DNA of 64,000 bases, from positions 1-64,000 of IMG/VR virus record IMGVR_UViG_3300036781_000230; one strand, given 5' to 3'. The notes below the pieces were generated by a model that saw only the letters and a list, made by a program, of their open reading frames with translations, ran no database searches and was not told the DNA's origin. Numbering within the stretch: position 1 is the stretch's first letter; every line of letters starts with the position of its first letter. Made by a program: the position numbers and the translations under genes. Shown piece after piece: positions 63,690 to 64,000 of the stretch. This stretch comes from a virus.

Positions 63690-63994
63690 GCTATGAATAT
63701 ATCCTTAGGAAGTTCTTTTACGATCTCGAATCTGTATTCTCCTAATTCTCTTACAAGAAACCACGGTGTTATCATCGCGTGAAGAGAATGATTGAATCTT
63801 GACTTTGTGAGTCTCAGATTTCGTAGACAGTGTTGTTGGAATTCAGATATCTTCAGTGTGGATAAACCTTTCAGTACATCGATAGATCTAAATCCATTAG
63901 AAGACTCTAGTAGAATGCGAACATTCATACTGGTAAGTTTATTCGAGTGTAGAGATTTTACATACGTGAACCGTTCCCCTAGTTTATTGTCCAA
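63686..63994 (-). CDS. Hypothetical protein (5' end may lie beyond the window)
   Basis: ORF at the window edge. Confidence 0.5.
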   Translation of the reverse strand: MDNKLGERFTYVKSLHSNKLTSMNVRILLESSNGFRSIDVLKGLSTLKISEFQQHCLRNLRLTKSRFNHSLHAMITPWFLVRELGEYRFEIVKELPKDIFIA

Positions 63995-64000
63995 TTGTAT

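Noticed and set aside
1-64000. Integrase/lysogeny module, introns/inteins, DGR, stop-codon recoding
   Set aside because: No recombinase or reverse transcriptase motifs seen; core genes are uninterrupted in the standard code.

Overview
This window looks like most or all of a ~64 kb, AT-rich, apparently lytic tailed phage with a contractile tail (myovirus). I found no integrase, tRNA or CRISPR array. Layout: (1) 2.9-34.9 kb, + strand late operon: TerS/TerL, DUF1073-type portal, MuF, DUF2213 protease-scaffold, DUF2184 capsid, neck, DUF3383 sheath, tube, a tail chaperone with a -1 frameshift, tape measure with an SLT domain, baseplate, fibres and a GH108 lysis cassette. (2) 35-56.6 kb, - strand: family A polymerase, AEP primase, UvrD and SNF2 helicases, ThyX, and what appears to be a cytosine substitution/glycosylation pathway. 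(3) 56.8-59.15 kb, + strand island of small early genes containing a structured RNA cassette. (4) Small - strand ORFs at both ends, consistent with a circularly permuted genome. Strongest leads: tail-fibre and head-module proteins with Sec-type signal peptides and paired cysteines, suggesting export to the periplasm and late or post-lysis attachment; six dispersed intergenic 42-bp dyads RTGCAA-N30-TTGCAY, four with a helically phased CCWGG/CTAG tail; a ~530-nt ncRNA cassette with duplicated closing stems; and a 5hmdC-type modification module with a dNMP kinase fused to a UDG-like domain. Family names come from motif recognition by eye; no searches were run.
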